Of a stretch of DNA of 64,000 bases, positions 47,918-59,200 are shown one piece after another. This stretch comes from an uncultured Rubripirellula sp. GTDB taxonomy: Bacteria > Planctomycetota > Planctomycetia > Pirellulales > Pirellulaceae. Within the stretch, counting starts at the first letter, position 1; every line of letters begins with the position of its first letter. The notes below the pieces were generated by a model that had not been told where the DNA came from, did no database searches, and saw nothing but the letters and a program-made list of their open reading frames with translations. The stretch spans positions 32,001-96,000 of the forward strand of contig CALKGR010000001.1 of NCBI GenBank assembly GCA_938085445.1, given 5' to 3'. Position numbers and translations under genes: made by a program.

Positions 47918-48319
47918 ATGAATCACTTCAGCGATGCCGAACTCAGTGCATTTTTTGACGAAGCTCTCTCACCTACACGTTGCGCCCAACTTGAACATGA
48001 GCTCCGCAGTAACACACACTTGCGGCAGCGTCTCATCGAGGTTCGTGGTCGAGAATCAGCCGGATTACACACCTTGGGTGCGATTTGGAGGAGAAACCGC
48101 CTCTCATGCCCAGATCGCTCTGAACTTGGCCAGTTTGTTTTAGGAACGCTTGAAACAGAACAAAAAGACTACATTCAATTTCATCTCCAAAAAATTGGAT
48201 GCCGATACTGCCAAGCCAACCTTGCCGATATTGACCCTGCAGAGCAGACGCCAGAACAGGCAACAACCCGGCGCAATCGTTACTTTCAAACCAGTGCTGG
48301 ATACCTGAAAAAAGACTGA
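47918..48319 (+). CDS. Small soluble protein with tandem zf-HC2/anti-sigma-like modules
   Basis: HFSDAELSAFFDEALS...LEHEL and CPDRSELGQFVLGTL...HLQKIGCRYC. Confidence 0.65.
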   Translation: MNHFSDAELSAFFDEALSPTRCAQLEHELRSNTHLRQRLIEVRGRESAGLHTLGAIWRRNRLSCPDRSELGQFVLGTLETEQKDYIQFHLQKIGCRYCQANLADIDPAEQTPEQATTRRNRYFQTSAGYLKKD

Positions 48320-48331
48320 ATTCGAATGCCA

Positions 48332-48655
48332 TCAATTCGCTCGGTACAGCATTTTCTCGAGCCGATCAAGCGTGGCGACCATATCATTCCACTCCGTCAC
48401 CACCTCCATCGTTGGCAACGATGTAGAATCATCACGATCAAAACCACGCTCACTGATACACACTCGCTGTGACAGCACGGCGACGCCACTCTGACCATTC
48501 GTGTCCGTTCTTAAGTCATTTGAATCAGTCGCATTACCTTCCATCGGTAACACCTGCTGCATCGCCTGATGAACAGCCCACAAAGCAGCCTTACGTGTAG
48601 TTTCAGCCTGAACTACAGTCCGCATCGTGCCGGATTGAACATAATATTTGGACAT
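48332..48655 (-). CDS. Hypothetical protein
   Basis: 107-aa ORF with good SD (AAGAGGA) upstream; converges with the previous gene. Confidence 0.65.
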   Translation of the reverse strand: MSKYYVQSGTMRTVVQAETTRKAALWAVHQAMQQVLPMEGNATDSNDLRTDTNGQSGVAVLSQRVCISERGFDRDDSTSLPTMEVVTEWNDMVATLDRLEKMLYRAN

Positions 48656-48983
48656 ATGAATATTCCTCTTTAAAACAAAATTCTGAAACGGAAGTATCGA
48701 TCGCAGTTAGCCAGGTGGGGTGACCAGTAACAGCTTGCCGACAACACTGGTATCGCAGCCCAGCTGACACGTCTGGTCATACCGCTGCAAAAATCATGGA
48801 AAGCCTGAAACGCCGCTCAAAGTGACGAAGCTGAAATCTGCTCCAATACTTTGATGGGAACGACCCGAATACGAGTCGTTCTCGGCACGAGTAGAAATGG
48901 TTCAATTCAAAACTTGTATTAGATTGCCGATCTCCGACACTCAAATCCTCAAAAACAACAACTCGAAACTGTCTCAACCAATC

Positions 48984-50318
48984 ATGAAGTTGACTCACCA
49001 TGGTGCACACGAAGGTGTCACCGGCTCATGCCACCAATTGAATTGGGGAGATAAGCATGGTCTGCTCGTCGACTGTGGAATTTTCCAAGGGGATGAAGCC
49101 AAAAAAAAACCAAACCCTGAAATCAATTTTTCGCTTTCAACCATCGAAAGCTTGTTGCTTACGCATGTACATATCGACCACGCTGGTCGTATTCCCTATC
49201 TGCTTGCAGCTGGTTTTAAGCAACCGATCTATTGCAGTTATCCGACGGCAAAATTACTTCCCTTGGTAATGGAAGATGCACTTAAAATCGGGTTCACAAG
49301 ATCGCGAAATCTGATCAGCAAATTTCTCAAGCAAGTCAAGCATCTGCTACAACCAGTTGAGTATGACTGCTGGCATCAGATCCCGGGCTCAGCATCTATT
49401 CGCCTGCGCCCTGCAGGACATGTACTCGGATCGACTATTTTCGATGTCAAATTACCAAATGGAAAAACGGTTGTTTTTACGGGTGATATTGGAACGGGGA
49501 AAGATCCACTGCTACGCAAACCTGTCAGTCCACCGAAGGCAGATCTATTGGTTCTGGAAAGCACCTACGGCGACAGAGTTCACGAGACTCCAGAAAATCG
49601 TCAAAACGCTCTGGAAACAGTACTGAGAAGAACCTTGCAAGACCGCGGCGTGACCATCATTCCTGCATTCAGTTTGGGCCGCACACAGTCCATTCTTTAT
49701 GAAATGAATGGGATTTTCGAAAGGCTGGAGAAGGAAAGAGGTCATTCACTTCTCAAACAAGTCGATGTGATTGTCGACTCACCCTTGGCATCCAGATTCA
49801 CCGAACTTTACAAAGATATGAATTCTTACTGGGGTCGCGAAGCACAACAACTGATGCAAACCGATGATCAACCACTGGTATTCGAAAACTTGACAACCGT
49901 TGGCAGTCATCAAGAACACAAAGAGACCCTCGCGTACGTGGAAAAAAAACAGCTACCAGCGATTGTGATTGCTGGCAGTGGAATGTGCACCGGGGGCCGA
50001 GTGATGAACTACCTGAAACGGTTTCTTGGTAACGTCACCACCGACATCGTTTTTGTTGGACATCAGGCAAGTGGTACGCCAGGGCACTTTCTAAGTCGTG
50101 GCAGTGAATGGGTCCGCCTGAATGGCCGCAAATATACAGTTGCAGCAAAAGTTCATCAGATGCATGGTTACTCCGCTCACGCCGACCAGGTAGACCTTAT
50201 TGAATTTGTGAAAAAGATGGAAACACGCCCAAAACAAATTCGCTTGGTACATGGCAACTATCAACCCAAGTTGGTCCTCAAAGAAAAACTTACAAACCTT
50301 GGATACCAGGTCATTTGA
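48984..50318 (+). CDS. MBL-fold / beta-CASP metallo-hydrolase (RNA-processing family)
   Basis: VTGSCH, VDCG, THVHIDHAGR, AGHVLGS, TGDIG, ESTYG, PAFSLGRTQ, SGMCTGGR, SAHAD, LVHG. Confidence 0.92.
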   Translation: MKLTHHGAHEGVTGSCHQLNWGDKHGLLVDCGIFQGDEAKKKPNPEINFSLSTIESLLLTHVHIDHAGRIPYLLAAGFKQPIYCSYPTAKLLPLVMEDALKIGFTRSRNLISKFLKQVKHLLQPVEYDCWHQIPGSASIRLRPAGHVLGSTIFDVKLPNGKTVVFTGDIGTGKDPLLRKPVSPPKADLLVLESTYGDRVHETPENRQNALETVLRRTLQDRGVTIIPAFSLGRTQSILYEMNGIFERLEKERGHSLLKQVDVIVDSPLASRFTELYKDMNSYWGREAQQLMQTDDQPLVFENLTTVGSHQEHKETLAYVEKKQLPAIVIAGSGMCTGGRVMNYLKRFLGNVTTDIVFVGHQASGTPGHFLSRGSEWVRLNGRKYTVAAKVHQMHGYSAHADQVDLIEFVKKMETRPKQIRLVHGNYQPKLVLKEKLTNLGYQVI

Positions 50319-50459
50319 AAATGGGAGCTCGCTGAACAATTTAAGAAACCGATCTAAGATTCAAAGCACTGTATTGATACGTGTTGGCTATGGTTACAAT
50401 TCAGGAACCGCTTCCAACAACACACCGCCCGCTGTTCCCCACAACACACGAGAGAGTCT

Positions 50460-51710
50460 TTGTCGAACGAATGTCATCACGAAGTGATAATTATTGGTGG
50501 TGGTCTAGCGGGGCTTTCGTGTGCAGTCCAGTTAGCAAACTCTGGTGTTCACTCCCTAATCCTTGAAGCCACTGATCGTGTAGGCGGTCGAGTACGATCC
50601 GATGTCATCAACGGCTTTACCTTGGATGTAGGATTTCAAGTACTTTTGACTGCATATCCCAGTTGCCAGAAATTGCTGGACTACTCAGCACTCCGACTCC
50701 GATACTTCGACCCCGGTGCTTTGATCAGACAGTCAGGAACATTTACCGAGTTGGCGGATCCATGGCGAAATCCAGGTAAAGCATGGGCAACTGCCACCAA
50801 CCCGGTGGGTTCAATTGCGGACAAATTACGAATTTGGCGTCTTCGAAGTAAAACCTGCCGCGGCTCCTTGGCAGAGCTGTATGAACGACCTCACAAAACA
50901 ACAGAACAATATCTGCGTGATTTTGGTTTTTCAGAACGCATGTTGGACCAATTTTTCCGACCTTTCATCGGTGGTGTATTCCTCGATGAAAGCCTCTCAG
51001 TTTCAAGCAGAATGCTTGAGTTCGTATTTCGCATGTTCTCAATGGGTGGCATCGCTGTTCCTGCGGACGGCATGGCGGCAATCCCCAGACAATTGGCAGA
51101 ACGATTACCCCGTGGATCGGTTAACTTACAAACCTCCGTGGTACAAATTGAAGGAAATCGTGTAGTCCTCGCCGATGGTAGTTCATTGACAGCCAAACAT
51201 ATTGTCGTTGCCACTGAGAGCAACGCGGCAGCACGTTTACTTGAACTTCCTGAAATACAGACATCTTGGAATGAGACCACAACGCTGTACTACTCGAGCC
51301 CACAATGCGATGAAAAACACAAGAGTCTGATTCTCCGTGGTGACGAAAGCGGACCAATTCAGACCGCCACAATTATCAGTAACGTTGCCGAAGAATATGC
51401 TCCCCCAAAAAGTTCGCTGATCTCTGTTTCGCTCAATTCAAACGATGCGACAAGCAGTGATGAAAACGCACTTCTTACAAAACAACAATTAAGCAAGTGG
51501 TTTGGAGATCAAGTGAATCGGTGGGAATTGTTACAAACCTATCAGATTCCTTACGGGCTGCCGGACATGGACATTGACCCTGTGATTCGATCACCCGTAG
51601 TTGAAGAACGCGAAAACACGTACCTCTGCGGAGACCACTGTGAAACGCCCAGTATCGAGGGAGCAATGGACAGTGGCATGCGAGCCGCAGCATCGATTCT
51701 CAAAAGGTAG
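50460..51710 (+). CDS. FAD-dependent oxidoreductase (amine oxidase/phytoene dehydrogenase-like)
   Basis: IIGGGLAGL, EATDRVGGR, DVGFQV, CGDH...SIEGAMDSG. Confidence 0.88.
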   Translation: MSNECHHEVIIIGGGLAGLSCAVQLANSGVHSLILEATDRVGGRVRSDVINGFTLDVGFQVLLTAYPSCQKLLDYSALRLRYFDPGALIRQSGTFTELADPWRNPGKAWATATNPVGSIADKLRIWRLRSKTCRGSLAELYERPHKTTEQYLRDFGFSERMLDQFFRPFIGGVFLDESLSVSSRMLEFVFRMFSMGGIAVPADGMAAIPRQLAERLPRGSVNLQTSVVQIEGNRVVLADGSSLTAKHIVVATESNAAARLLELPEIQTSWNETTTLYYSSPQCDEKHKSLILRGDESGPIQTATIISNVAEEYAPPKSSLISVSLNSNDATSSDENALLTKQQLSKWFGDQVNRWELLQTYQIPYGLPDMDIDPVIRSPVVEERENTYLCGDHCETPSIEGAMDSGMRAAASILKR

Positions 51711-52083
51711 ACACCGAATTAGTGATACTAACGCCTCACCCCCTGTCGAAAGTGTCTCTTTGCGATCGATAAAACCGATGGCGCCCAAGAAACGTTGTGA
51801 TCTTCTTACTCCTTTCGAGATCAATGGCCGTCGCTCAAGAATTTGCAGACAAGCTGCGAAACACCAAGCAACTGCACGAAAAATGCTTCATCTCTTGTCC
51901 ACGTTGCGAGCTCGATCCAGCGCTGATACCTGAATGTGACGCATGGCCGCAGGTCAAAACCACATCTGCCATGAAAGGTGTGTTGATCCCAATCTGGCAC
52001 TCATTTCGTTTCACCTGACTGAAGAAATTTTAACTTTTACGGTTGATCGTGGCATTCAACCCCAAACGAGCAAGAACAACATG

Positions 52084-53604
52084 TCACTTCAATTCACGCA
52101 CTCGAATATCACGCCAACGGACTTCGAATGGCCCTGCATCTCGCTTGATTCCATGAACCTGAAGACCAATGAATCCTTTCTTGCTTGACTCCGCATCAAC
52201 GATATCAGCAATCGCAACACCATTGACCCAAGTTTGGATACGGTCGCCCTTTGCTCGCACGACGAACCGATTCCACTTACCATTTTGGTAAGCATCTTTG
52301 ACTGGCTGCTGTTTTGTAATCCAGCCTCGTCCTGTGCCTTCACTATAGAGGTAACCACTTTCCCCAGGCGCATTTTCGATCTCTACCTGCGGTCCATGCA
52401 CACGTCCATTATTGAAATCTGCTTTACTGAGCGATCGGATCTGAACACCACTGTTTAAACCTGGATCGTCATTAACTTCAAACGTTAATTCAAAATTTTC
52501 GTAGTCACTCGTAGTACACATGAATGAATTGGGACTGCCCTGAGCTGTCTTTCCAACTATCATTTGTTTCTCTACACGGTAGGTCGCTGTACCATTCTTC
52601 TGCGACCACCCACTCAAATCTTTTCCATTAAACAGCGTTGTCCATCCTTTGGACATCACGTCGGGTATCGCCGAAAATTCATCCGGCCTAACGTCTGCAG
52701 GATTACGCGTAGCTGGAACATCACTGGTTAGCTTGGTTCCATTCACAGCCGGCTGCTTTACGGTTCCTGTAGCGGCCCATTCTACCCCTCGCTGCAAAGT
52801 AACCTGAAATGCCAGCCCTTTCATGGCATTGTCATCGTGCCCCAAAGTTGTATGAAAAACTCTTCCTTCACCAAACTGTATTGTCATCAGGAGTGGCTCA
52901 TGCTCCCCAGTGCCTCCAGTTGCGGGCGCACTGAATCCAGTCGCCAGCACATGCATATTTTCAGCGGGCCCCCGCAATTTCCCATACAGTTCATCTGCCG
53001 CCTGCATGAAAGTCTTTGGTAACCCAGCCGTGATTGGGTGGTCAGTATCTCGAACGATCACCAGGAAAGGCACACGTTTACCGTGAGTCCCCCCACGGCC
53101 AGGACTGAGATCACGCGTGAACCGCTGTTGGTCTTCTTTCCAGCGAACATAAGGCCCATTCTTTTCGGAACGGCCTCCCCATCCTCCCAGTCCAATCATT
53201 CTGTTGTAGGCATGCCACTGAGGAAATGAATTATCCGCAGCATGAACACTGACGAAACCGCCGCCGCTCGCAACATATTTTTCAAAAGCCTTTTGAGTTG
53301 CCTCACTCCACAACTGGCCGTTGTAATTCGAAACCACCACGTCATATTCTGAAAACTCGGGAGAAAACGGCTCTGAATTTTCACCTCGTCCAGATGCCGT
53401 AGCAACATCGACCGCAAACCTTCCACTTCCCTCCAATATCTGCTCCATCAGAGGAGTCGTGACTTTCCAATTGTGATTATTTTGCCCATCAATCAATAAC
53501 ACAGAAATCTTGTCGAATTCCTGAGCCCGCAGTGACGAAGACGAAACAGAAGCAATAGCTGGAAGCAAGAGAAGTACGAGATGCAGGGAGGCTAACTTGG
53601 GCAT
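52084..53604 (-). CDS. Secreted ThuA-like + DUF1080 (3-keto-disaccharide hydrolase-like) protein
   Basis: Signal peptide; DGQNNHNW...GEGRVFHTTLGH (ThuA-like); LFNGKDLSGW...NSGVQIR...GFIGLQVH...WRDIRVREL (DUF1080). Confidence 0.85.
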   Translation of the reverse strand: MPKLASLHLVLLLLPAIASVSSSSLRAQEFDKISVLLIDGQNNHNWKVTTPLMEQILEGSGRFAVDVATASGRGENSEPFSPEFSEYDVVVSNYNGQLWSEATQKAFEKYVASGGGFVSVHAADNSFPQWHAYNRMIGLGGWGGRSEKNGPYVRWKEDQQRFTRDLSPGRGGTHGKRVPFLVIVRDTDHPITAGLPKTFMQAADELYGKLRGPAENMHVLATGFSAPATGGTGEHEPLLMTIQFGEGRVFHTTLGHDDNAMKGLAFQVTLQRGVEWAATGTVKQPAVNGTKLTSDVPATRNPADVRPDEFSAIPDVMSKGWTTLFNGKDLSGWSQKNGTATYRVEKQMIVGKTAQGSPNSFMCTTSDYENFELTFEVNDDPGLNSGVQIRSLSKADFNNGRVHGPQVEIENAPGESGYLYSEGTGRGWITKQQPVKDAYQNGKWNRFVVRAKGDRIQTWVNGVAIADIVDAESSKKGFIGLQVHGIKRDAGPFEVRWRDIRVRELK

Positions 53605-53835
53605 GTTTCGCTGCTGGAGGTAGTGGGATGAACAACGACAGAAGTCAAAAACGTCACCACGAACGTTTCAAAACCCCAATTCTAGCATTTCATTTGGTTC
53701 TACTGACCAGACTCTGTAGTGAATCCCCATGATTCATGAAGATTGATGCGGGCTTTGATCTAACAATTCTGGTACTTCAGCGGTTCTAAAACCTCCGACG
53801 GCCTTCTAATATAGGGAGACTCAAAGGAGCAAAGA

Positions 53836-54840
53836 ATGTCAGAGTATTTACGCGGATCATTTCCTACAACTCGGATGCGGCGAGTGCGCCGTCATGATTG
53901 GTCACGGCGACTTGTCACCGAAACGTCACTAAGCACAAATGACCTAATCTGGCCCTTGTTCGTTTTTGACGGTAAAGGCCGACAAGCGGTCGACAGTCTT
54001 CCAGGTGTTGATCGACTCGGAGAAGATGAGATTGTCCGCGAAGCAATTCGAGCATGCGAGCTTGGCTTACCAGCACTTGCTATTTTCCCTGCTACCGACC
54101 CCTCTCTCAAAACCGAAGATGCAGCCGAAGCCGTCAACCCCGACAATCTTGTTTGCCGGACGGTTCGACGCGTCAAGCAGGCCGTGGGAAATCAAATCGG
54201 TATCATTTGTGATGTCGCTCTTGATCCATATAGCAGTCATGGACAGGATGGTCTTGTCCGCAATGGTGATGTTGCCAATGACGAAACGCTAGCGGTACTC
54301 TGCCGTCAGTCAGTGGTTCAAGCTGAGGCTGGCTGTGACATCATTGCTCCAAGCGACATGATGGATGGTCGAGTGGGAGCGATCCGAACTGCTTTGGATG
54401 AGCAGAATTTTTCGAATGTCCAAATCATGTCCTACGCTGCCAAATACGCGAGCTCTTTTTATGGCCCGTTTCGCGATGCCGTTGGCTCCTCTGGTAACCT
54501 TGGCGGCGCGAGTAAAAAAACGTACCAGCAAGCACCATCACAGACAGATGAAGCATTGCATGAAGTTGCTCTTGATTTACATGAAGGCGCTGATAGCGTG
54601 ATGATCAAGCCGGGAATGCCATATCTTGATATTGTGCAACGTGTAAAGCAGACCTTCGCGGTTCCTACATTTGCTTATCAGGTCAGTGGCGAGTATGCGA
54701 TGCTATCTGCAGCAGCACAAAATGGATGGCTTGATCGCCGCCAAACTGTTCTCGAAAGTTTACTCGCTTTCAAACGTGCGGGTGCTGACGGCATCCTAAC
54801 GTACTTCGCACCTGAAGTTGCTCAATGGCTCAGTGAGTGA
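53836..54840 (+). CDS. hemB: Porphobilinogen synthase, Asp-rich (Zn-independent) type
   Basis: DVALDPYSSHGQDG, APSDMMDG, SYAAKYASSFYGPFRDA, MIKPG, AYQVSGEY. Confidence 0.96.
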   Translation: MSEYLRGSFPTTRMRRVRRHDWSRRLVTETSLSTNDLIWPLFVFDGKGRQAVDSLPGVDRLGEDEIVREAIRACELGLPALAIFPATDPSLKTEDAAEAVNPDNLVCRTVRRVKQAVGNQIGIICDVALDPYSSHGQDGLVRNGDVANDETLAVLCRQSVVQAEAGCDIIAPSDMMDGRVGAIRTALDEQNFSNVQIMSYAAKYASSFYGPFRDAVGSSGNLGGASKKTYQQAPSQTDEALHEVALDLHEGADSVMIKPGMPYLDIVQRVKQTFAVPTFAYQVSGEYAMLSAAAQNGWLDRRQTVLESLLAFKRAGADGILTYFAPEVAQWLSE

Positions 54841-54847
54841 CCCTACC

Positions 54848-55561
54848 ATGAACCACATCAGTGACTCTGGCACCGCCTCCTCACTCGAGAACCTTGAATC
54901 ACTCGCGACTAAGGCGTCCGAACGATTTCAATGGCACTGGGAAGAAATCCCAATAGCGGGTGAAATTCGCAAGCTGGCAGTTGCTTCCGACCCAGAAGGA
55001 ATGCTGATCGATGCTTGTGAGCGGCAGGATGCTGGCGAAGAGGGTGTAATCGATCCATTTTGGGCAACCACCTGGCGTGCGGCATCAGGGCTTGATCATT
55101 TTATGAGTGACCTCGCACTGACTGGCATGCGAGTCCTTGAGCTCGGCTGTGGTACTGGGCATGCTGGGCTTGCGGCAGCTCACCGTGGATCGCAGGTGGT
55201 TCTCACTGATGGCGTCACTGACCCATTGATTCTCGTGAAAATGAGCACTTGGGAGCTAAGAGAACGCTGTCAAGTTCGGCAGCTAAGATTTGGGATTGAT
55301 CGCATTGAGGGAGCAACATTTCCGCTTATCCTCGGAAGCGACGTTACCTACCTACGATCACTGTGGCCGGAATTGGATCAGTGCCTGCGAGAACATTTGG
55401 CTGAAGGTGGCGAAGTGTTACTTAGTGATCCATACAGGATCATTGGCAACGAATTTCGCGATTGGATTCAAGATCGTGGATGGTCCTATTGCGAACACAA
55501 AGTAGAACTGAACGACGATCCTGCTCACCCGATTAGGGTGATGCAATTAAAAGCTAAGTAA
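54848..55561 (+). CDS. Class I SAM-dependent methyltransferase (protein methyltransferase-like)
   Basis: PFWATTW, VLELGCGTG, VVLTD, ILGSDVTY. Confidence 0.85.
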   Translation: MNHISDSGTASSLENLESLATKASERFQWHWEEIPIAGEIRKLAVASDPEGMLIDACERQDAGEEGVIDPFWATTWRAASGLDHFMSDLALTGMRVLELGCGTGHAGLAAAHRGSQVVLTDGVTDPLILVKMSTWELRERCQVRQLRFGIDRIEGATFPLILGSDVTYLRSLWPELDQCLREHLAEGGEVLLSDPYRIIGNEFRDWIQDRGWSYCEHKVELNDDPAHPIRVMQLKAK

Positions 55562-55969
55562 TTTCTGAGCTTTAGATGCCAGTAGTGTCGAGCAAGTACT
55601 GAAACTGGCGAGAAGAAGAACGCATCCCAACCTGACTGCTCGTGCACCTACAATCAGATCAGTCTCGCCTTCTGAAAATGCTTCTTGAAACACGTGGCGA
55701 ACAACGGCAGTAACAGTCTCAATAGGCATTACCAGCGAGCTATTCTTCTGGTCATTGACAGACTCATGCAGCATTTTGCAGAACACTTCGGACTCGCGTG
55801 AGACAAACAATTGCTTGATATCCAGCGACCGCAATCGTTCCAGATCACCCACCGTGAGGGTAAAATCACCACATTGGCACAGAACATCGTCCTCGGTCTC
55901 CAATCTGTACCTGAGGCAAGTCGCCTCAGGTGACAGAACTCGGCATTTAGACAACGACGTTAAGCGCAA
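55547..55969 (-). pseudogene. Possible eroded gene fragment resembling the N-terminal region of HD-GYP-type proteins
   Basis: DFTLTVGDLERLRSLDIKQLFVSRES pattern; no HD motif, weak TTG start, overlaps the convergent gene end. Confidence 0.3.
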
Positions 55970-56206
55970 TGGCCTCGAAGCGTGTATGAGTTTGAATAGG
56001 ACTGGAAGAAACCAGCACCAGCACCAGCACCAAGGAACAGAACATCACCTGGTGGGTTGTGAAGGTTACCCCAACCACATCACTCTTTCATCGTCAATGT
56101 TGATGGCAAGCCCGTCAATGCGCATTGCGAGTTGACAGGAATGAAGGTTTAGACCATGCCACTGATGGACGGGGAATCCTCTCGTTTTGCACCAAGAGGA
56201 CACTAT

Positions 56207-59200
56207 TCACTTGAGTTTAAACTCAGAGGGCAGTTCGTACTTGCCTTTCGCTGAATTGCGGGTGGTAACGAGTATCTCTTTGGTTCCCGGCTTTTTGGCA
56301 TCGTCTGTCACCACCCAGATGAGCGCTTGCTTCTCATCATCGGGCCCAGTTGCCGTCTTGTCGGGATTAGCGAGCCTCAACAATTCGGTAAGCACTTGCC
56401 GCAGTGGGATGTTTGTCTGTGTGAAGTTTCGAACTTGCTGATTCTGGGTGATCCCCATCAGCTGCAAGTCTCCACCAACGATACGAATGTTTGGCAGTTT
56501 GGACCCACTCGGTAAGTCCCTCTCATAAGCGGTCACAATATTATCAATCGCGAACTCAAGTGATTCCTGTTCAAAAGTAACGGACATTTTACGATTCAGA
56601 AGTTCTTCAATCGAAAGCGTTTTTTTCGAGACAGGACCTCCAGAAGCCACAGCCCCGCCCTCGGGTGTATTCAGCGCCAGCACCGTGGCCAACGTAACCT
56701 GAGGAACCGCTTGCGCAGGCAGGTACGCATTAGCGATCGCCATTTCCTCTGACACACCAAACCGCACCTTTTCCGCAACGAAATTTACCATGGGTCGCAG
56801 TCGATTCGCGAGCAAACGCCATGAAGCATCGGGTACGGAGTTAATGATGAATTCATCGGCCCAGTCGGGCCAGCCGCCAATCTCTTCCTGAAGCATTCTC
56901 ACAAGTGCAGCAGGACTCGCACCACCACTTGGCGTCAACCGTGTCTCGATGAACATTTGCTCGCTGCCAAAATTCACTGACACGAGCATCGCCGAGACAT
57001 CTGGTTGCAATGCTGATTTCAGTGGATCAACAAGCCCTGGCAATGAGTTTGAAAGCAGTTCTCGACCATCTGCAAACAGAAAATTCGGACTAGCAAAAAG
57101 AACGACGATGTCAGATTCCGCACTTGTAGTATCCCACATCGCCTGTGAGTTTCTCGGGAGAAGAATTGACGCCCCTTCCATTTCAGCGACTTCACTTATT
57201 TTGGCAACTGATCCAATCGCAAAACGGCTGACGGGATCGTCTTCTTTCCCTTCAAAATAATAGGCATCGGATTCCGGCGAGTCACCTGCATAGATGGTAA
57301 CACCCTCAGCCGTACGGGCCGCTGCCACCTTCCACTTCTCAAGCAGATCTTTTGCTGGCACAGGATCTTTCAGCTGTATCGATAACGATACTTCTGGCCA
57401 GCCTTCTTTGCCCGGGTGCAATGCCAAACCACAAGTCTGTATCGAATCCACAGGTACAACCGCACGTTCAGCAATACGGGAAATCAGGGCATCCAGATCT
57501 GGCGAAAACACCTCGATAACTTGACCACCAATGTTACTTTCGACAATCGAAGCGACACGCAAAGAGGCGATCATGGCTGGCCCTGGTGGCAGGTACTCCA
57601 AGGATGCTTTTTCCGCGTCAGCTGCGTAAGGTGGTACGTACAGTAATCGATCATCATCTATCAGTTGATATCCAGTTGTCTGCCGCTTCGGCGTCGATGT
57701 TCCCTCCTGGGTTTCATTCCGCTTTGTACCGTTGTCTTCATCTTCCCTTTCACGATTGGAAACGCGTGGAATCACCGCAGGTGCTGGCGGACGCATTCGA
57801 TTCTTTTCAGCAGTCTTTTCCTCCGCACTCCTCGGCACCAGTAATCCAATCACCAGCAACAGGATTGCAACGCACATTGCCCCAAGAACCAACGGCGCTT
57901 TTGATTTCTTTTTACGACGGGAACGTTGTTTTGGGGCACTCGCCTCGCCCGCAACCGGTGGTGGACCAGGAGGCTCAGAAGAACCATTGACCGCCGATAC
58001 GCGTTTTCGATTACTCGCAACCTCTTTGGAGGCACTAGTACTTTCGGGAACAGCGTCGGGTGAAGTCTTCGAGCTGTCTATTGTTGAAACGGTTTGACCA
58101 CCGGCACCACGGGGAATTCGATTCGCTTTCTGGTCGACCTCAGCCGCAGTCACATCTACGTTGCCAGCGGCCTTGCGGTCCCCAGTTTTACCCCTCGCTT
58201 CTTGTACAACTTCGACAACAGGAATGTCCTTGCTGGCAGGAGGCTCCGAAATTGTGCTCGCTTGGTTCACCTCGACGGTCGATCTGTTTGCAACTTGAAA
58301 ATTATGTTCAGTTGCACTGCCGGGTATTGCTGTGATATCGGCCACCGTTTTGTTGGGTAGCGTTTTGTTGGGTACCTTGGAAGAAACCAAAGGCAAGAGG
58401 GCAGTAAGAGCATTCGACAACTGCTCAGCTGCTGCAAAGCGGGAAGCGGGGTTTTTGGCCATTGCGAAAGCGAGCACCCGGTACAGCGGATCACCTGCCT
58501 CAGCTTTTTTTACCGCTTCCGCTAATTCAGGGGGTGTCACAGAAGCTTGAGCTTTAATCAACTTCGGAGTGGACTCCCCATCGACTGGAAATCTGCCAGT
58601 GGCCAATCGGAACAGCAGACAGCCCAATGCATAAATATCAGTAGCCGCGTTGCAGTCCTGATCCGGCTGGCTGAACTCTGGCGCAGCATACAAACCAACT
58701 GCTTCATCACCATCGAACCAACCAGACTGATTTTCCTCGATACCCTGAGGAGGACCTGAGGGATCTCGCAGTAGTAAAACATTGCCATCACTGCCCAACC
58801 AAACGTGCTCTGCTCTGACCGCACCATGAACCAATGGCCGCTGATGCATCGCAGCCAATGCGTTCGCCAAAGCAATCCCGAATTCACACACCTGACGTTG
58901 ACTGAAGCATGCACCTTCCTTGATAGAACTGGATAGTGCTTGGCCACGAGGCAACTCAGAAAAAATGAGTGTCCAAGCTTGCTGAGTCTCGTCTTCGAAC
59001 GTTTGCAGTGAGGCTGTTTCAACTTCCTGATGTGCCTGTAGCCACTGGTCACGACCGCCAATGAACTGATCTGCGGCAACCCGAAACAGAACACCGAGAC
59101 GGCCGTCATCAATACGAGAGACAGGAATCCAACGTGGCAAGGGCTTGGGTCCTTTCTGCGCTCTTACCACATAGTTCCCGGACCTGATTTCCCGCGGTGG

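Noticed and set aside
51711..52083. Short ORFs between the convergent oxidoreductase and ThuA genes
   Set aside because: No motifs, SD or coding-like composition in any frame.
53836..54840. hemB lacking the Cys-rich zinc site as a novelty
   Set aside because: The Asp-rich Zn-independent class is well known.
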